From contig JBGARZ010000002.1 of NCBI GenBank assembly GCA_044229975.1, forward strand, positions 928,001 to 992,000: 64,000 nucleotides of DNA. The letters run 5' to 3'. This DNA is from Polyangiales bacterium (GTDB lineage Bacteria > Myxococcota_A > Polyangia > Polyangiales > Ga0077539). The translations under genes and the position numbers were made by a program. Of this stretch, positions 19,847-29,857 are shown piece by piece; the stretch's first letter is position 1, and each line of letters starts with the position of its first letter. Under the pieces are notes generated by a model, which saw only the letters and a program-made list of their open reading frames with translations, was not told the origin of the DNA and made no database searches.

Positions 19847-20707
19847 GTGCTGCCCTTGCGTCGTTCACTCTGGATTGCTCCGCTCGTCGCCGTGGTCGGG
19901 GTGTATGGCTGTACCGGTGCGGGGCCCGACGCCGCCCTCGACGCGGACGTCGCGGCTCGCACCGAAGGCGTTGTGTTCGTCGAGCGGGTGACCGAGGCGG
20001 GCGGCGCGCGGGTGCACGTCGGCGGGCGCTTCTTCCGCTCCCAGGGCGTCGCGGCAGAGTCACTGCCCGACCTCGTGGGCGCGCCGCCAAGCGGTGCCAC
20101 CGTCGGCTGCACCGAGCAGGGCGCCATGGCCGAGGCGCTCGACTCGTCCCATGCCGAGGTTCAGCTCCTCGACGTCGGCGCCATCGATGCGCGCGCCGAT
20201 TCCTTCACCGCCCGCATGTCCCCGCACCGCCTCCCCGACCTCTGGAACGTCGTCTCCGGCGTGGTCTATGGCCTCGACGGCGATCTCCCCGTGGGGAGCT
20301 GGCAGTTCACGGCGGCGGGCGATCCCGCCACGGCACGCGGCGCGTTCGACGTGAGCGGCGCTCCGCCCGAGGCCATCGGCGAGCTGCGCGTCGGCGACAC
20401 GCTGGCCCTCCCTCAGGGCAGCGCCATCGCCCTGCCCCGTCGTGGGAGTCTCACGCTGCGCTGGTCGCGCGGCGTCACCACCGACCGGGTCGCGGTGGTG
20501 TTCGAAGGGTCGGGTTCGTTGTCTTGCGGCGCGCGCGATGACGGCGCTCTCGACCTCGACGCCGCCAGCTCCGACCGCGTGCGCGAGCTGCTTCGGCAGG
20601 GCGGTACCCTGTCGGTCCATCGGCTTCGCACCGTCCCGTTTGCGGTCAGCGGCATCGACCGTGCGACGCTGGTGTTCGACCAGGTGGTCCGCGTTCGCAT
20701 CGAGTAG
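19847..20707 (+). CDS. Hypothetical lipoprotein
   Basis: Signal/lipobox VVGVYGC. Start estimated at GTG 19847. Confidence 0.65.
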   Translation: MLPLRRSLWIAPLVAVVGVYGCTGAGPDAALDADVAARTEGVVFVERVTEAGGARVHVGGRFFRSQGVAAESLPDLVGAPPSGATVGCTEQGAMAEALDSSHAEVQLLDVGAIDARADSFTARMSPHRLPDLWNVVSGVVYGLDGDLPVGSWQFTAAGDPATARGAFDVSGAPPEAIGELRVGDTLALPQGSAIALPRRGSLTLRWSRGVTTDRVAVVFEGSGSLSCGARDDGALDLDAASSDRVRELLRQGGTLSVHRLRTVPFAVSGIDRATLVFDQVVRVRIE

Positions 20708-20716
20708 GCGCGAAGG

Positions 20717-23700
20717 TCAGCGACGGCGCAGCGCCTCGCCCGCCTCGGTGCGCAGCGACGCGTCGACGTCGTGTTCACTGATGCGCCGTAGCACCTCCAC
20801 CACGATGGGTTCGTGGCGGGCGATGAGCAGCCTGAGCGCGGCGCGACGCACCCACGCGTAGGGATCACCGACGGCCGCCTCACCGAGCGATCGCGTCGAC
20901 TCCTCCCCCGGGATGCGGCCGAGGGACTCGACCGCGAGGAGCCGGTCGGACCAGTCCGAACGCGCGGCGACCCGAGCCAGCGCAGCGGTGGCCTCACCCG
21001 CGGGGGCCACCACCCCGCGACCCCCGGTGGCGAGCGCGCGGGTCGCCAGCGCACGGATCGTTGGATCGGGCAGGAGCGCCGCCGCCCGTAGGACGTCCAC
21101 CGCGGCGGCATCGTCGGTCTGCGCCAGCACCCGCAGGAGCGCGGGTCGACCACCCGGCGAATACGTCGGCCACGCCGCCGCGAGGCTCGGCGCGAGCATC
21201 GTGAGCACACGATGGCGGGCGTCCCGTGCGGCTGCGGGTGCAGCGGAGAGCGGTTGGGAAGCGATCGGCGGCAGCGTCGTCGCAGCGTCGAGGCTCGCGA
21301 CTGCAACCTCGCGCCGAAAGGGGTCGGCCAGCGCCTCACGCAAGGTGGCGACCGCCACCGCCTCGTCGCGTACGAGCACCGCGGCGCCGTCGTCGGCGCG
21401 GCCCACCTGGAGGAAGAGGGAGACCAGCACCGCGGCGGCGCCGTCCGCCGACCCTGCGGCCTGCCACGCCGGCCCCTCGAAGAGCCCTTCGCCGTGGACA
21501 CTGCGGGAGAGCGACGCGGCGGCCACCTCGGCGAGCGCCGCGCCGGGCGGCGAGCTGGCGGACGTCGTCCCGAAGGCGGCGCGCCAGAGCGGGAGACGGA
21601 GAGTGGGCTGCGTGGCGGCCGACGCGCCCAGCGCCGCGAGCGAGGCCGCGTGGGACCATGGCCCCAGCGCGCTCTCGCGGGCGAGGCGCTCGGCCCACTG
21701 GGCGCTCGCGGGGACGAGCGACGCCCAGGCGATGAGCGCCGCGGCGCGGAGAGGTCCGTCGGCCGTCCGTGCGATGACCGTTTCCAGCGCGGGGCGAGCC
21801 GCGACGGAGCGACGAGCGGCGAGTGCGAGCGCGGCCATCGCGGCGGGCGAGTCCGCGTCGGGTCGCAGTAGCGCCGTGCGTAGCGCAGCGTCGATGCCCG
21901 GACCCGACAGGCGCGAGAGCCCCCAGGCTGCGACCGATGCGCCGACGTGGCCGCCGCGGAGCAACGCCACCAGGGACGGGATCGCGCGCGCGTCGGCGGA
22001 CGAGACCGCGGCACGCAGCGCCTCGCGGCTGGTCACGCCATCGAGGTCGACGCGCGCGGCCACGCCGAGGAGGGACTGCACCGCGTCGGCGCTCTGCATC
22101 GCACCAAGGATGCGGACGGCGAGCAGCTGCCGAGCGGCCCCGGGCTCGGCGAGCACGTCGAGGAGCGGGCGCACCGCGCGCGACGACAGCCGACGGAGCC
22201 GCGCCCGCGCCTCGGCCGCGCGCGTGGGGTCGACGTCGGCGAGCGCCTCCACGTCGGGTCGCAGCCACGCGAGGAAGAGCTCGGATTGCAGGCGATGCAG
22301 CACCGCGCGACTCGGGGCGGCGGCGCTCCCGGCGGCGAGGTCGGCGGCGAGGGCGTCCGCGCCGTGGGTGGCCACCGCGACCTGCACGGCGATGCGGCCC
22401 GCCCGGCCCACCAGGTCATCGTCGGTCGAGCGGCGCACCACGCTGCGGAGCCGATCGACGGCCTCGACGGCCTCGCCGCGTACGAGGTGGAGGTCCGCGA
22501 GGCGCAGCGCGCTCTCGAAGTCCCGATCGTTGAGGCTGAGGGCGCGGCGGTAGGCGCCGACTGCGCGGTCCAGTTCGCCGCGAGCGCGGTAGAGGTCGCC
22601 GAGCTCGCGATGACCCGCGGCGTCGTCGGGGTTGAGCTCGACCGCGCGCGCCGCGAAGCCCACCGCGTCGGCGTCGCGGTGCATCGACAGGGCGTGCCGC
22701 GCGAGGCGCGGATAGACCTCGCGGCCGCGCCGGGGATCGATGGCGAGGACCCGTTGTAGCGCTTCGACCGCGCCGGGCAGATCGCCCCGCTCGACCCGCA
22801 CTCGCTCGATCGCGAGCCACGACCGGGCGTCGGCAGGTTGCAACGTCACCACCCGCAACAGCGCCCGCTCCAGGTCGGCGGGGCGGCGGAGGCGGGCGTA
22901 CACCTCCACGAGATCGAGCGCGGCCTCGACGGACGACGGGTCGGCCTGGAGCGACTCCTCCAACCGTGTGGCGTAGCCGGGGAGGAGACCCTGGAGGTTC
23001 CAGAGGCTGGCGATGCGGGCGCGGGCCTCGCCGCGGAGGTCGGGGTCGGTGGCGGGCAGCGCGATGAGCCGTCGCCACGTCTCGATGGCGCCCGGGAAGT
23101 CACGCGCCTGCTCCTGCGTCTGGGCCAGCAGGCGCGTCGAGGTGACGTCGTCGGGTCGCAGGTCGAGCGCCAGGCGAAAGGCCGTGATGGCATCGGGCAG
23201 GAGGTCGTGCCGCGCGAACACCTCGCCGATCGCCCGGTGCCCCTCGGCGCGACTGCGCGCGCGCTGCCGGATGCGCTCCCACACCGCGACGGCGCCGCTG
23301 CGGTCGCCGCGCTCCCAGTGCCGATCACCCAGCGCTTCGAGCGCCGCCGGATCACCCGGGTCGAGCTGCACCACGCGCTCGGTCTCGCGCGTCGCGAGGT
23401 CGGCCGCGCCCATCCGCGCAAAGGCCTGCGCAAGCTGCTCGTGGCTCTCGGCGTCGGCGCCCGCCCGCGCGCTCGCCGCTGTCAGCGTCGCGATCGCGTC
23501 GGCGCGTCGACCCGCGCGTTGCAGCTCGTCGGCCAGGTCGACCGCGTAGCGCACCTCCCGCGGAACCGCCGCCACCAACGCCCGCCGCGCCGCGAGCGCC
23601 TCGTCGACCCGCCCCGCCTGCGTGAGCGCCTGCACCAGCTGCACGCGCAGGTCGACGTCCCGTGGTCGCAAGGTGATCGCCCGTCGCAGCGCCCGCACCG

Positions 23701-24745
23701 CGCCGTCGGACTGACCGAGCGCCGCATAGCGCCGACCGAGGAAGGCCCAGCGCTCCGCGCCCCCGCCGGGCTGGCGTTCGAGGGAGGCGATCCAGGCGCC
23801 GAGGTCCTGCCGCTGCTCGTGGATCTCCGCGAGAGACTCGTAGACGTCGACCTCGATGGCGGGCGTCGACCCGCCGCCCATCGCCCGGAGCAGCGTGCGC
23901 TCGGCCTCGTCGAGCATCCCCGCGCGGAGCTGCGCCCGACCGAGGTCGCGCAGCACCGCAGGCAACACGCGAAGGTCACCCTCCAGCGACCGCGCCACCC
24001 GCTCCAGCTCCGACACCGCCGAGGGCCATCGCTGTCGCGCCACCAGGACATCCGCCAGCTCCCGGCGCACCGCGGCGCTCCCCGGCAGCAGCGCCACGAG
24101 GTCGCGGTGCGAGGTGCGCGCGCGCTCCATGTCGTTGGTCGCAACGGAGAGGTCCATCTGCGCGCGCAGGATCTCGGCGCGGTCGTCGCGGGAGGTGCTC
24201 AGCGCCGCAGCCCGGGTGTACGCCGCGAGGGCCTCGGCTGGGTGGTCGAGTTGATGGAGCACGCGCGCGAGCGAGCGCCACGCGGCGGCGCTGGAGGGTC
24301 GCTCGTCGGCCGAGCGATGAAAGGCCGCGATGGCCTCGTCGAAGCGACCCGCGTCGCGGAAGACCTCTCCCCGAATGAGGTCGATGGCCCCCGGCGACGC
24401 CGAGGCGCGCCGCTCTTCGAGCGCCTGCAGCAACCGCTCGGAGGAGCCGTCGCGCGCGCGCACCTGGCGAAGCAGCGTGGGCAGCAGCGCCAGGCCCTGG
24501 GCGGGGTCGTCGATCACCAGGGTGATGAGGCGCTGGATGGCGGCATCGCGCGTCGAGGTCGACGGCGCCGCGATCGCTGGCGGTGGTGGCGTCGCACGCG
24601 GGGTGGCCACGCGCGGAGGTCGCGGACGTGGGCGCCTGGCCGGTCGCGAGGGGCGGCTACCGACATCCCAGTCCTGGGCCCATGCGGGCGCCGCGGAGAG
24701 GGCGACGAACAGCAACGCAAGGGAGGCGCGACGACGGACGCTCAC
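20717..24745 (-). CDS. Large secreted tetratricopeptide-repeat protein with C-terminal HEAT/PBS-like repeats
   Basis: Signal peptide ..APAWA/Q, many TPR-like units (e.g. LGDLYRARGELDRAVGAYRRALSLN), HEAT-like C-terminus (DPYAWVRRAALRLL). Confidence 0.85.
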   Translation of the reverse strand: MSVRRRASLALLFVALSAAPAWAQDWDVGSRPSRPARRPRPRPPRVATPRATPPPPAIAAPSTSTRDAAIQRLITLVIDDPAQGLALLPTLLRQVRARDGSSERLLQALEERRASASPGAIDLIRGEVFRDAGRFDEAIAAFHRSADERPSSAAAWRSLARVLHQLDHPAEALAAYTRAAALSTSRDDRAEILRAQMDLSVATNDMERARTSHRDLVALLPGSAAVRRELADVLVARQRWPSAVSELERVARSLEGDLRVLPAVLRDLGRAQLRAGMLDEAERTLLRAMGGGSTPAIEVDVYESLAEIHEQRQDLGAWIASLERQPGGGAERWAFLGRRYAALGQSDGAVRALRRAITLRPRDVDLRVQLVQALTQAGRVDEALAARRALVAAVPREVRYAVDLADELQRAGRRADAIATLTAASARAGADAESHEQLAQAFARMGAADLATRETERVVQLDPGDPAALEALGDRHWERGDRSGAVAVWERIRQRARSRAEGHRAIGEVFARHDLLPDAITAFRLALDLRPDDVTSTRLLAQTQEQARDFPGAIETWRRLIALPATDPDLRGEARARIASLWNLQGLLPGYATRLEESLQADPSSVEAALDLVEVYARLRRPADLERALLRVVTLQPADARSWLAIERVRVERGDLPGAVEALQRVLAIDPRRGREVYPRLARHALSMHRDADAVGFAARAVELNPDDAAGHRELGDLYRARGELDRAVGAYRRALSLNDRDFESALRLADLHLVRGEAVEAVDRLRSVVRRSTDDDLVGRAGRIAVQVAVATHGADALAADLAAGSAAAPSRAVLHRLQSELFLAWLRPDVEALADVDPTRAAEARARLRRLSSRAVRPLLDVLAEPGAARQLLAVRILGAMQSADAVQSLLGVAARVDLDGVTSREALRAAVSSADARAIPSLVALLRGGHVGASVAAWGLSRLSGPGIDAALRTALLRPDADSPAAMAALALAARRSVAARPALETVIARTADGPLRAAALIAWASLVPASAQWAERLARESALGPWSHAASLAALGASAATQPTLRLPLWRAAFGTTSASSPPGAALAEVAAASLSRSVHGEGLFEGPAWQAAGSADGAAAVLVSLFLQVGRADDGAAVLVRDEAVAVATLREALADPFRREVAVASLDAATTLPPIASQPLSAAPAAARDARHRVLTMLAPSLAAAWPTYSPGGRPALLRVLAQTDDAAAVDVLRAAALLPDPTIRALATRALATGGRGVVAPAGEATAALARVAARSDWSDRLLAVESLGRIPGEESTRSLGEAAVGDPYAWVRRAALRLLIARHEPIVVEVLRRISEHDVDASLRTEAGEALRRR

Positions 24746-24807
24746 CGACCCACTCTACGCCCCGGGGCTGGCTGAGGGCTCGTCTCCCGTGCATAGCTGC
24801 CGCTCCC

Positions 24808-25782
24808 GTGCCCGACCTCGTCGTTGCTCCCACCCCGTTGACGTTGGCCGAGGCCGTTTCCCGCGCCGTCGGCTGCGAGGTGTGGATCAAGCGCGACGAC
24901 CAGACCCACCCCCGCTACGGCGGCAACAAGGTGCGCAAGCTCGTCGCCCTTTTGGCCGAAGCGCGCGCGCGACGCGTGACGCACCTGCTCACCCTGGGAG
25001 CCGCCGGCTCGCACCACGTACTCGCGACCGCGGTGCACGGCGCCTCCGCCGGATTTCATGTCGAGGCCGCGCTCTTCCCACAGCCCGGATCGGCCCACGT
25101 CGAGGCCATGCTGGGGGCGTCGGCCCACCAGGCGCATCGCCTCCACCCCTGCCGCAACGTCGCGACGGCCATGGGCACGCTGCTCGCTCGTTCGATCGCG
25201 CTGCGCGCCGCGGGCGCCCGGCCCTGGATCATCCCCGTCGGTGGCAGCAACACCCTCGGCGCCTCCGGGTACCTCGACGCCCAACGCGAGCTCGCGGGGC
25301 AGTGGGAGGCATCGGGCGTTGCGCGCCCCGACGTTCAGGTCTGCGCGCTCGGCTCTGGGGGAACCCTCGCCGGTCTCCTCGCCGGCCATGCCGCCGTGGG
25401 CGGGCGCGGAGAGGTGTGGGGCGTTCGCGTCACGCCGCGGTTCGCCGTCCCTTCGATGCGCGTGCGTTCGCTCGCCCGCTCGGTGCTTCGCCGTGCGGCC
25501 GTCGACGCCCGATGCCCGCCGGTCAGGGTCTTCGAGGGAGCCCTCGGAAACGGATACGGGCAGTCGACCGCGGAGGGAGATTTCGCCCGCGACCTCTTCG
25601 CCCGCGACGGCATCACGCTCGACGACACCTACACCGCCAAGGCGGCGGCCGGGCTCATCGCCCTCGCCCGGCGGGCTCCGCAGCGATACCTCCTCTGGCA
25701 CACCCTCTCGTCCGCGCCGCTCGAACCGCTGCTGGAGGGAGAAGCACCGCTCTCCCCGTCGCTGCGCGCGCTGCTTCGCTGA
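24808..25782 (+). CDS. PLP-dependent ACC deaminase / D-cysteine desulfhydrase family protein
   Basis: TPL..VWIKRDD..YGGNKVRKL, GAAGSHH, IPVGGS, GSGGTLAGL, LDDTYTAK. Start estimated. Confidence 0.88.
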   Translation: MPDLVVAPTPLTLAEAVSRAVGCEVWIKRDDQTHPRYGGNKVRKLVALLAEARARRVTHLLTLGAAGSHHVLATAVHGASAGFHVEAALFPQPGSAHVEAMLGASAHQAHRLHPCRNVATAMGTLLARSIALRAAGARPWIIPVGGSNTLGASGYLDAQRELAGQWEASGVARPDVQVCALGSGGTLAGLLAGHAAVGGRGEVWGVRVTPRFAVPSMRVRSLARSVLRRAAVDARCPPVRVFEGALGNGYGQSTAEGDFARDLFARDGITLDDTYTAKAAAGLIALARRAPQRYLLWHTLSSAPLEPLLEGEAPLSPSLRALLR

Positions 25783-25888
25783 CGACGCCCTCCGCCGGGG
25801 AGAGCCCATCCGCCGGGTCGAGCGCGACCAGCGCCGCGGTCAGACCATCCAACCCGTCATGCAACCAGCACCCGGAGGGCCGCTTGAC

Positions 25889-27007
25889 ATGATGCCGATC
25901 TCCAAGGCTTCTCTCGCGCCCGTGATCACCCCCTACGCGACCGACGCCGACCCCTGCATGCTCCGACCGAGCGCGGCAGACCCGGTGGGACAGTTCTTCG
26001 CGGAGGTCCGAGCGCGCGTCGATGCCCGGCTCCGCGCCGCGCTCGACGACGTCGAAGTCTTCACGCGCGACGCAGCCCCGGACGCCATCGGCATCGTCGA
26101 GGCCGCCCGCGACCTCACCTTCCGCGGCGGCAAGCGCCTCCGGCCTGCCCTCCTCGCCGCGGCCGTCGCGTGCGTCGACCCCGCGGCCTACCCCGTGGTG
26201 GTCACCGACCTCGGCGCGGCGCTGGAACTCCTCCAGACCTACCTGCTCGTGCACGACGATTGGATGGACGACGACCCCGTGCGTCGCGGCGCCCCGTCGG
26301 TGCACGTCTCCCTCTCCCAACGCTTCGGCGACCAGCGCATCGGGGCGAGCGCGGCCATCCTCTGCGGCGACCTCATGGGCGCCCTCGTCCACGACCTCGT
26401 GGCGACCATCGAGCTCCCGTCCGCCCGCCGCCGCTCGGTGCTCCGCACCTTCGCTCGCATGGAGCACGAGGTCATCCTGGGTCAGTGCCTCGACGTCACC
26501 CACAGCCCCGACACCGACCGGGTGCATCACCTCAAGACGGGCAGCTACACCGTGCGCGGACCCCTCACGCTCGGCCTCGACGTCGCGGGCGGCGGGGACG
26601 ACGTCCGGCGCGCGCTCGACGCGTACGGCACGCCGCTCGGCCTGGCGTTTCAGCTCCGCGATGACGTGCTCGGCGCCTTCGGCAGCGAGGCCGAGACGGG
26701 CAAGCCCGTGGGCGGCGACTTCCGCGAGGGCAAGCACACCGCGCTCGTGCAGTACGCGCTGACCCAGCTCTCGGCCGACCGCGCGCGCGAGCTCACCGGG
26801 ATGCTCGGTCGACGTGACCTCAGCCTCGACGAGGTGGGCGCCGTGCGCTCGCTGCTCGAAGCCTCGGGGGCGCGCGAGCACGTCGAGGCACGCATCCGCG
26901 CCCTGCGCGAACAGGCGCTCGCGGCCCTGCACCCCGACCTGTTGCGCGAGGAGGGCCGCACCCTGCTGACGGCGTTTGCGTCCCTGATGACCGAGCGGAG
27001 GCTATGA
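25889..27007 (+). CDS. Short-chain polyprenyl diphosphate (FPP/GGPP) synthase
   Basis: GGKRLRP, first Asp-rich motif YLLVHDDWMDDD..RRG with Tyr at -5, KTGSYT, AFQLRDDVLG, GKPVGGDFREGK. GGAGG RBS at ~25874. Confidence 0.92.
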   Translation: MMPISKASLAPVITPYATDADPCMLRPSAADPVGQFFAEVRARVDARLRAALDDVEVFTRDAAPDAIGIVEAARDLTFRGGKRLRPALLAAAVACVDPAAYPVVVTDLGAALELLQTYLLVHDDWMDDDPVRRGAPSVHVSLSQRFGDQRIGASAAILCGDLMGALVHDLVATIELPSARRRSVLRTFARMEHEVILGQCLDVTHSPDTDRVHHLKTGSYTVRGPLTLGLDVAGGGDDVRRALDAYGTPLGLAFQLRDDVLGAFGSEAETGKPVGGDFREGKHTALVQYALTQLSADRARELTGMLGRRDLSLDEVGAVRSLLEASGAREHVEARIRALREQALAALHPDLLREEGRTLLTAFASLMTERRL

Positions 27008-27900
27008 CCGCGACCGCACATGGAAAGGTGATTCTCCTGGGCGAGCACGCCGTGGTCTTCGGCGCCGAGGCCCTCGCGGCGTCGCTCTCGCCCGGAGCGG
27101 AGTGCGTCGCGTCGCCGTCACCCGACGGCATCGTGCTGCGTGTCCACCCGTGGGAGCACTCGTTTCGACCGGGCGACGGCTCTGAGCTCGGGCGCGCGGT
27201 CGGGTCGCTGTGCGAGGCCATGGCGGTGAGCGACGTCGCGCTCGCGTTGACGCTGCACCTCCCCGGCGGCGGCGGACTCGGATCGTCCGCGGCGATGGGC
27301 GTGGCGTGCGCCCGGGCGCTGGCTGACCACGCGGGTCGTGAGCTCAGCGAGCCCGAGCTGCTGGCGTTGGCGCTCGGCTGGGAGAAGGTGTTTCACGGCA
27401 ACCCGTCGGGCATCGACCACACCCTCGCCGCGCTCGGCGGGGTCGGGCTGTACAGTCGATCGGCGGGGTTCAGCCGGGTGCCCACGCGCGGTGCGCTGCG
27501 GCTGTGCCTCGGTGACAGCGGCGAGCGGGCCTCGACGCGGGAGATGGTCGAAGGGGTTGCGCGGTTGCGCGCGCGACGCCCCGAGGCGACCGATCGCACC
27601 TTCGAGGCCATCGGCGTGGTCGCTCGCAACGGCGCGCTCGCCCTGCGCGAAGGCGACGCCCGCAACCTCGGTGACTTCATGAACCTCAACCAGAACCTCC
27701 TCGCCTCGCTCCTCGTCTCCACCGAGAGGCTCGAAGACCTCTGCGCGTCGGCCCGCGCGTCGGGCGCGCTCGGCGCCAAGCTCACCGGCGCGGGCGGCGG
27801 CGGCTGCGTCATCGCGCTCGCGCCCGGCCACGAGACCGACGTGCTCGAAGGGTGGAGAGCGCTCGGCGTCGAGGGGCGCGTGGTGGAGGTCGGCCGATGA
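27004..27900 (+). CDS. mvk: Mevalonate kinase
   Basis: GKVILLGEHAVV, PGGGGLGSSAA, HGNPSGID, GAKLTGAGGGG. Confidence 0.93.
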   Translation: MTATAHGKVILLGEHAVVFGAEALAASLSPGAECVASPSPDGIVLRVHPWEHSFRPGDGSELGRAVGSLCEAMAVSDVALALTLHLPGGGGLGSSAAMGVACARALADHAGRELSEPELLALALGWEKVFHGNPSGIDHTLAALGGVGLYSRSAGFSRVPTRGALRLCLGDSGERASTREMVEGVARLRARRPEATDRTFEAIGVVARNGALALREGDARNLGDFMNLNQNLLASLLVSTERLEDLCASARASGALGAKLTGAGGGGCVIALAPGHETDVLEGWRALGVEGRVVEVGR

Positions 27901-28886
27901 GCGCGTATTTCGCGAGGGCGCGCGCCAACATCGCGCTGAGCAAATACTGGGGGAAGGCCGACCGCGCGCTCAACCTCCCGGCCGTTCCGAGCCTGTCGCT
28001 CACCCTTGATGATCTTGTGACGGAGACCACCGCGACCCGCGACGACGCCCTCACGGCCGACCACGTCGAGCTCGACGGAACCCTCCGCACCGGCAACGAA
28101 GGCGCGACGCTTGGGGCCTTCCTCGCGCTGGTCCGCGAGCGCGCCGGCATCACCGAGGGCACCACGGGCAGCTACCTCCGGGTGAGCTCCTTCAATCGAT
28201 TTCCGACCGCGTCCGGGCTCGCGTCGAGCGCGTCGGGCTACGCGGCCCTCGCCGCGGCGGCCACGGCCGCCTATGGGCTCTCCCTCGACGACGAGGCCCT
28301 CTCTGCGCTCGCGCGGCGTGGCAGCGCCTCGGCGGCGCGCAGCGTCTTCGGCGGCTGGGTCGAGCTCCCCGCGGGCGCACCGGGAGATGACCGCACCGGC
28401 GCTCGTTGCCTCTTCGGCGCATCGCACTGGTCCGTCGCGATGGTGCTCGCGCTCGTCGACCGTGGCCCGAAGGACATCGCCTCGCGGGACGGGATGCGCC
28501 GCACCGCCGAGACCTCCCCCTACTACGGTGCGTGGCTCGCGCAGGCGCCGCTGCTGCACGCCCGGGTGCGTGCGGCGGTGACCGCGCGCGACCTGCAGGC
28601 GGTGGGTGAAGCGATGGAGGCAAGCACCATGGCGATGCACGCGAGCGCGTGGGCCGCGCAGCCCGCGGTGCGCTACGCGAAGGGCGTGACGCTCGACCTG
28701 CTCGACGCCGTGCAGGCGATGCGGCGCGACGGTGTCGGCGCGTGGGCCACGATGGACGCGGGGCCCCATGTGAAGGTGCTGTGCGCCCAGGGTGATGCCG
28801 ATCTCGTGGCCGCGCGGGTGCGACAGGTGACGGGCGTGCTGGAGTCGCGCATCGCCCGACCGGGTGCGGGCATCGAACGGCCGTGA
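27897..28886 (+). CDS. mvaD: Diphosphomevalonate decarboxylase
   Basis: NIALSKYWGK, NRFPTASGLASSASG, RRGSASAARS, TMDAGPHVK. Confidence 0.95.
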   Translation: MSAYFARARANIALSKYWGKADRALNLPAVPSLSLTLDDLVTETTATRDDALTADHVELDGTLRTGNEGATLGAFLALVRERAGITEGTTGSYLRVSSFNRFPTASGLASSASGYAALAAAATAAYGLSLDDEALSALARRGSASAARSVFGGWVELPAGAPGDDRTGARCLFGASHWSVAMVLALVDRGPKDIASRDGMRRTAETSPYYGAWLAQAPLLHARVRAAVTARDLQAVGEAMEASTMAMHASAWAAQPAVRYAKGVTLDLLDAVQAMRRDGVGAWATMDAGPHVKVLCAQGDADLVAARVRQVTGVLESRIARPGAGIERP

Positions 28887-29857
28887 AGGTTCGCGCGCCG
28901 GGCAAGCTGATGCTCGCTGGTGAATACGCGGTGCTCTACGGCGGCGACGCGTGGTGCCTCGCGGTCGATCGGTACGCGGTCGTCGACGAAGCCGTCGCCC
29001 CGGGTGGGTTCACGCCTCCCGAGGCGGTCGCGGCGTGGCGGGTGGCGGTGGCGGGTGGACTGCTCCGAGCGATGCCGACAGAGGGCTCGGCGCGCTTCGA
29101 CCTCACGCAGCTCGGCGGAGGTGGCGGGCGGAAGCTCGGCCTCGGCAGCAGCGCGGCGGGCTGCGTCGCGGGGCTCGCCTGGGCGGTCGCCAAGGAGCAG
29201 GGCGAGCTCGCGGTCGACCGGCGGCGCGACGACATCGCGCGGTGCGCGCGCGAGGGTCACCGCGCGGTGCAGGGCGGCGGCAGCGGCGTCGACGTGCTGA
29301 CCTCGGCCTTCGGCGGCCTGGCGATCGTTCGCTTCGTCGACGGCGTCGGCCGAGCGCCCACCGTCGGGCGCGGCCACATCCCCGACGCGCTGCGGTGGCG
29401 GGTCTTCTGGTCGGGTACGTCGGTGCGAACCTCCGAGATGATCGCGAAGGTGGAGGCACTCCGCGAGACGAGCCCGGCGACCCACTCGGTCTGCATCGAC
29501 GCCATCCGCGAGGCCACGCGCCTCCTTGAGCGCGGGTCTCACGGCGACGAGGCCGACGGGTACGTGGCCGCCATGCGTCGGCTCAACGCGGCGATGGCGG
29601 CGCTCGGTGTTGCGGCGGGCGCGCCCATCGTCACGGCGCCGATGGCGCGGCTCGCAGCGCGCGCCGAGCAGTTGGGCGCCGCCGTGAAGCCGTCGGGCGC
29701 GGGAGGCGGAGACGTCGTGGTGGCCTTCGCGCAGGATGACCTCGCGATGGACGCCGTCCGCGCGGCGGCTGCCGCCGAGGGTTTTGAAGAGGTCGACCTC
29801 GCCGCGGACGGCGGCGGGGTCGGCGTCGTGCACGAAGGGGAGCGCCAACTGCCATGA
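28883..29857 (+). CDS. Phosphomevalonate kinase (GHMP family)
   Basis: APGKLMLAGEYAVL, KLGLGSSAA, QGGGSGVD, KPSGAGGGD, plus operon context. Confidence 0.88.
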   Translation: MKVRAPGKLMLAGEYAVLYGGDAWCLAVDRYAVVDEAVAPGGFTPPEAVAAWRVAVAGGLLRAMPTEGSARFDLTQLGGGGGRKLGLGSSAAGCVAGLAWAVAKEQGELAVDRRRDDIARCAREGHRAVQGGGSGVDVLTSAFGGLAIVRFVDGVGRAPTVGRGHIPDALRWRVFWSGTSVRTSEMIAKVEALRETSPATHSVCIDAIREATRLLERGSHGDEADGYVAAMRRLNAAMAALGVAAGAPIVTAPMARLAARAEQLGAAVKPSGAGGGDVVVAFAQDDLAMDAVRAAAAAEGFEEVDLAADGGGVGVVHEGERQLP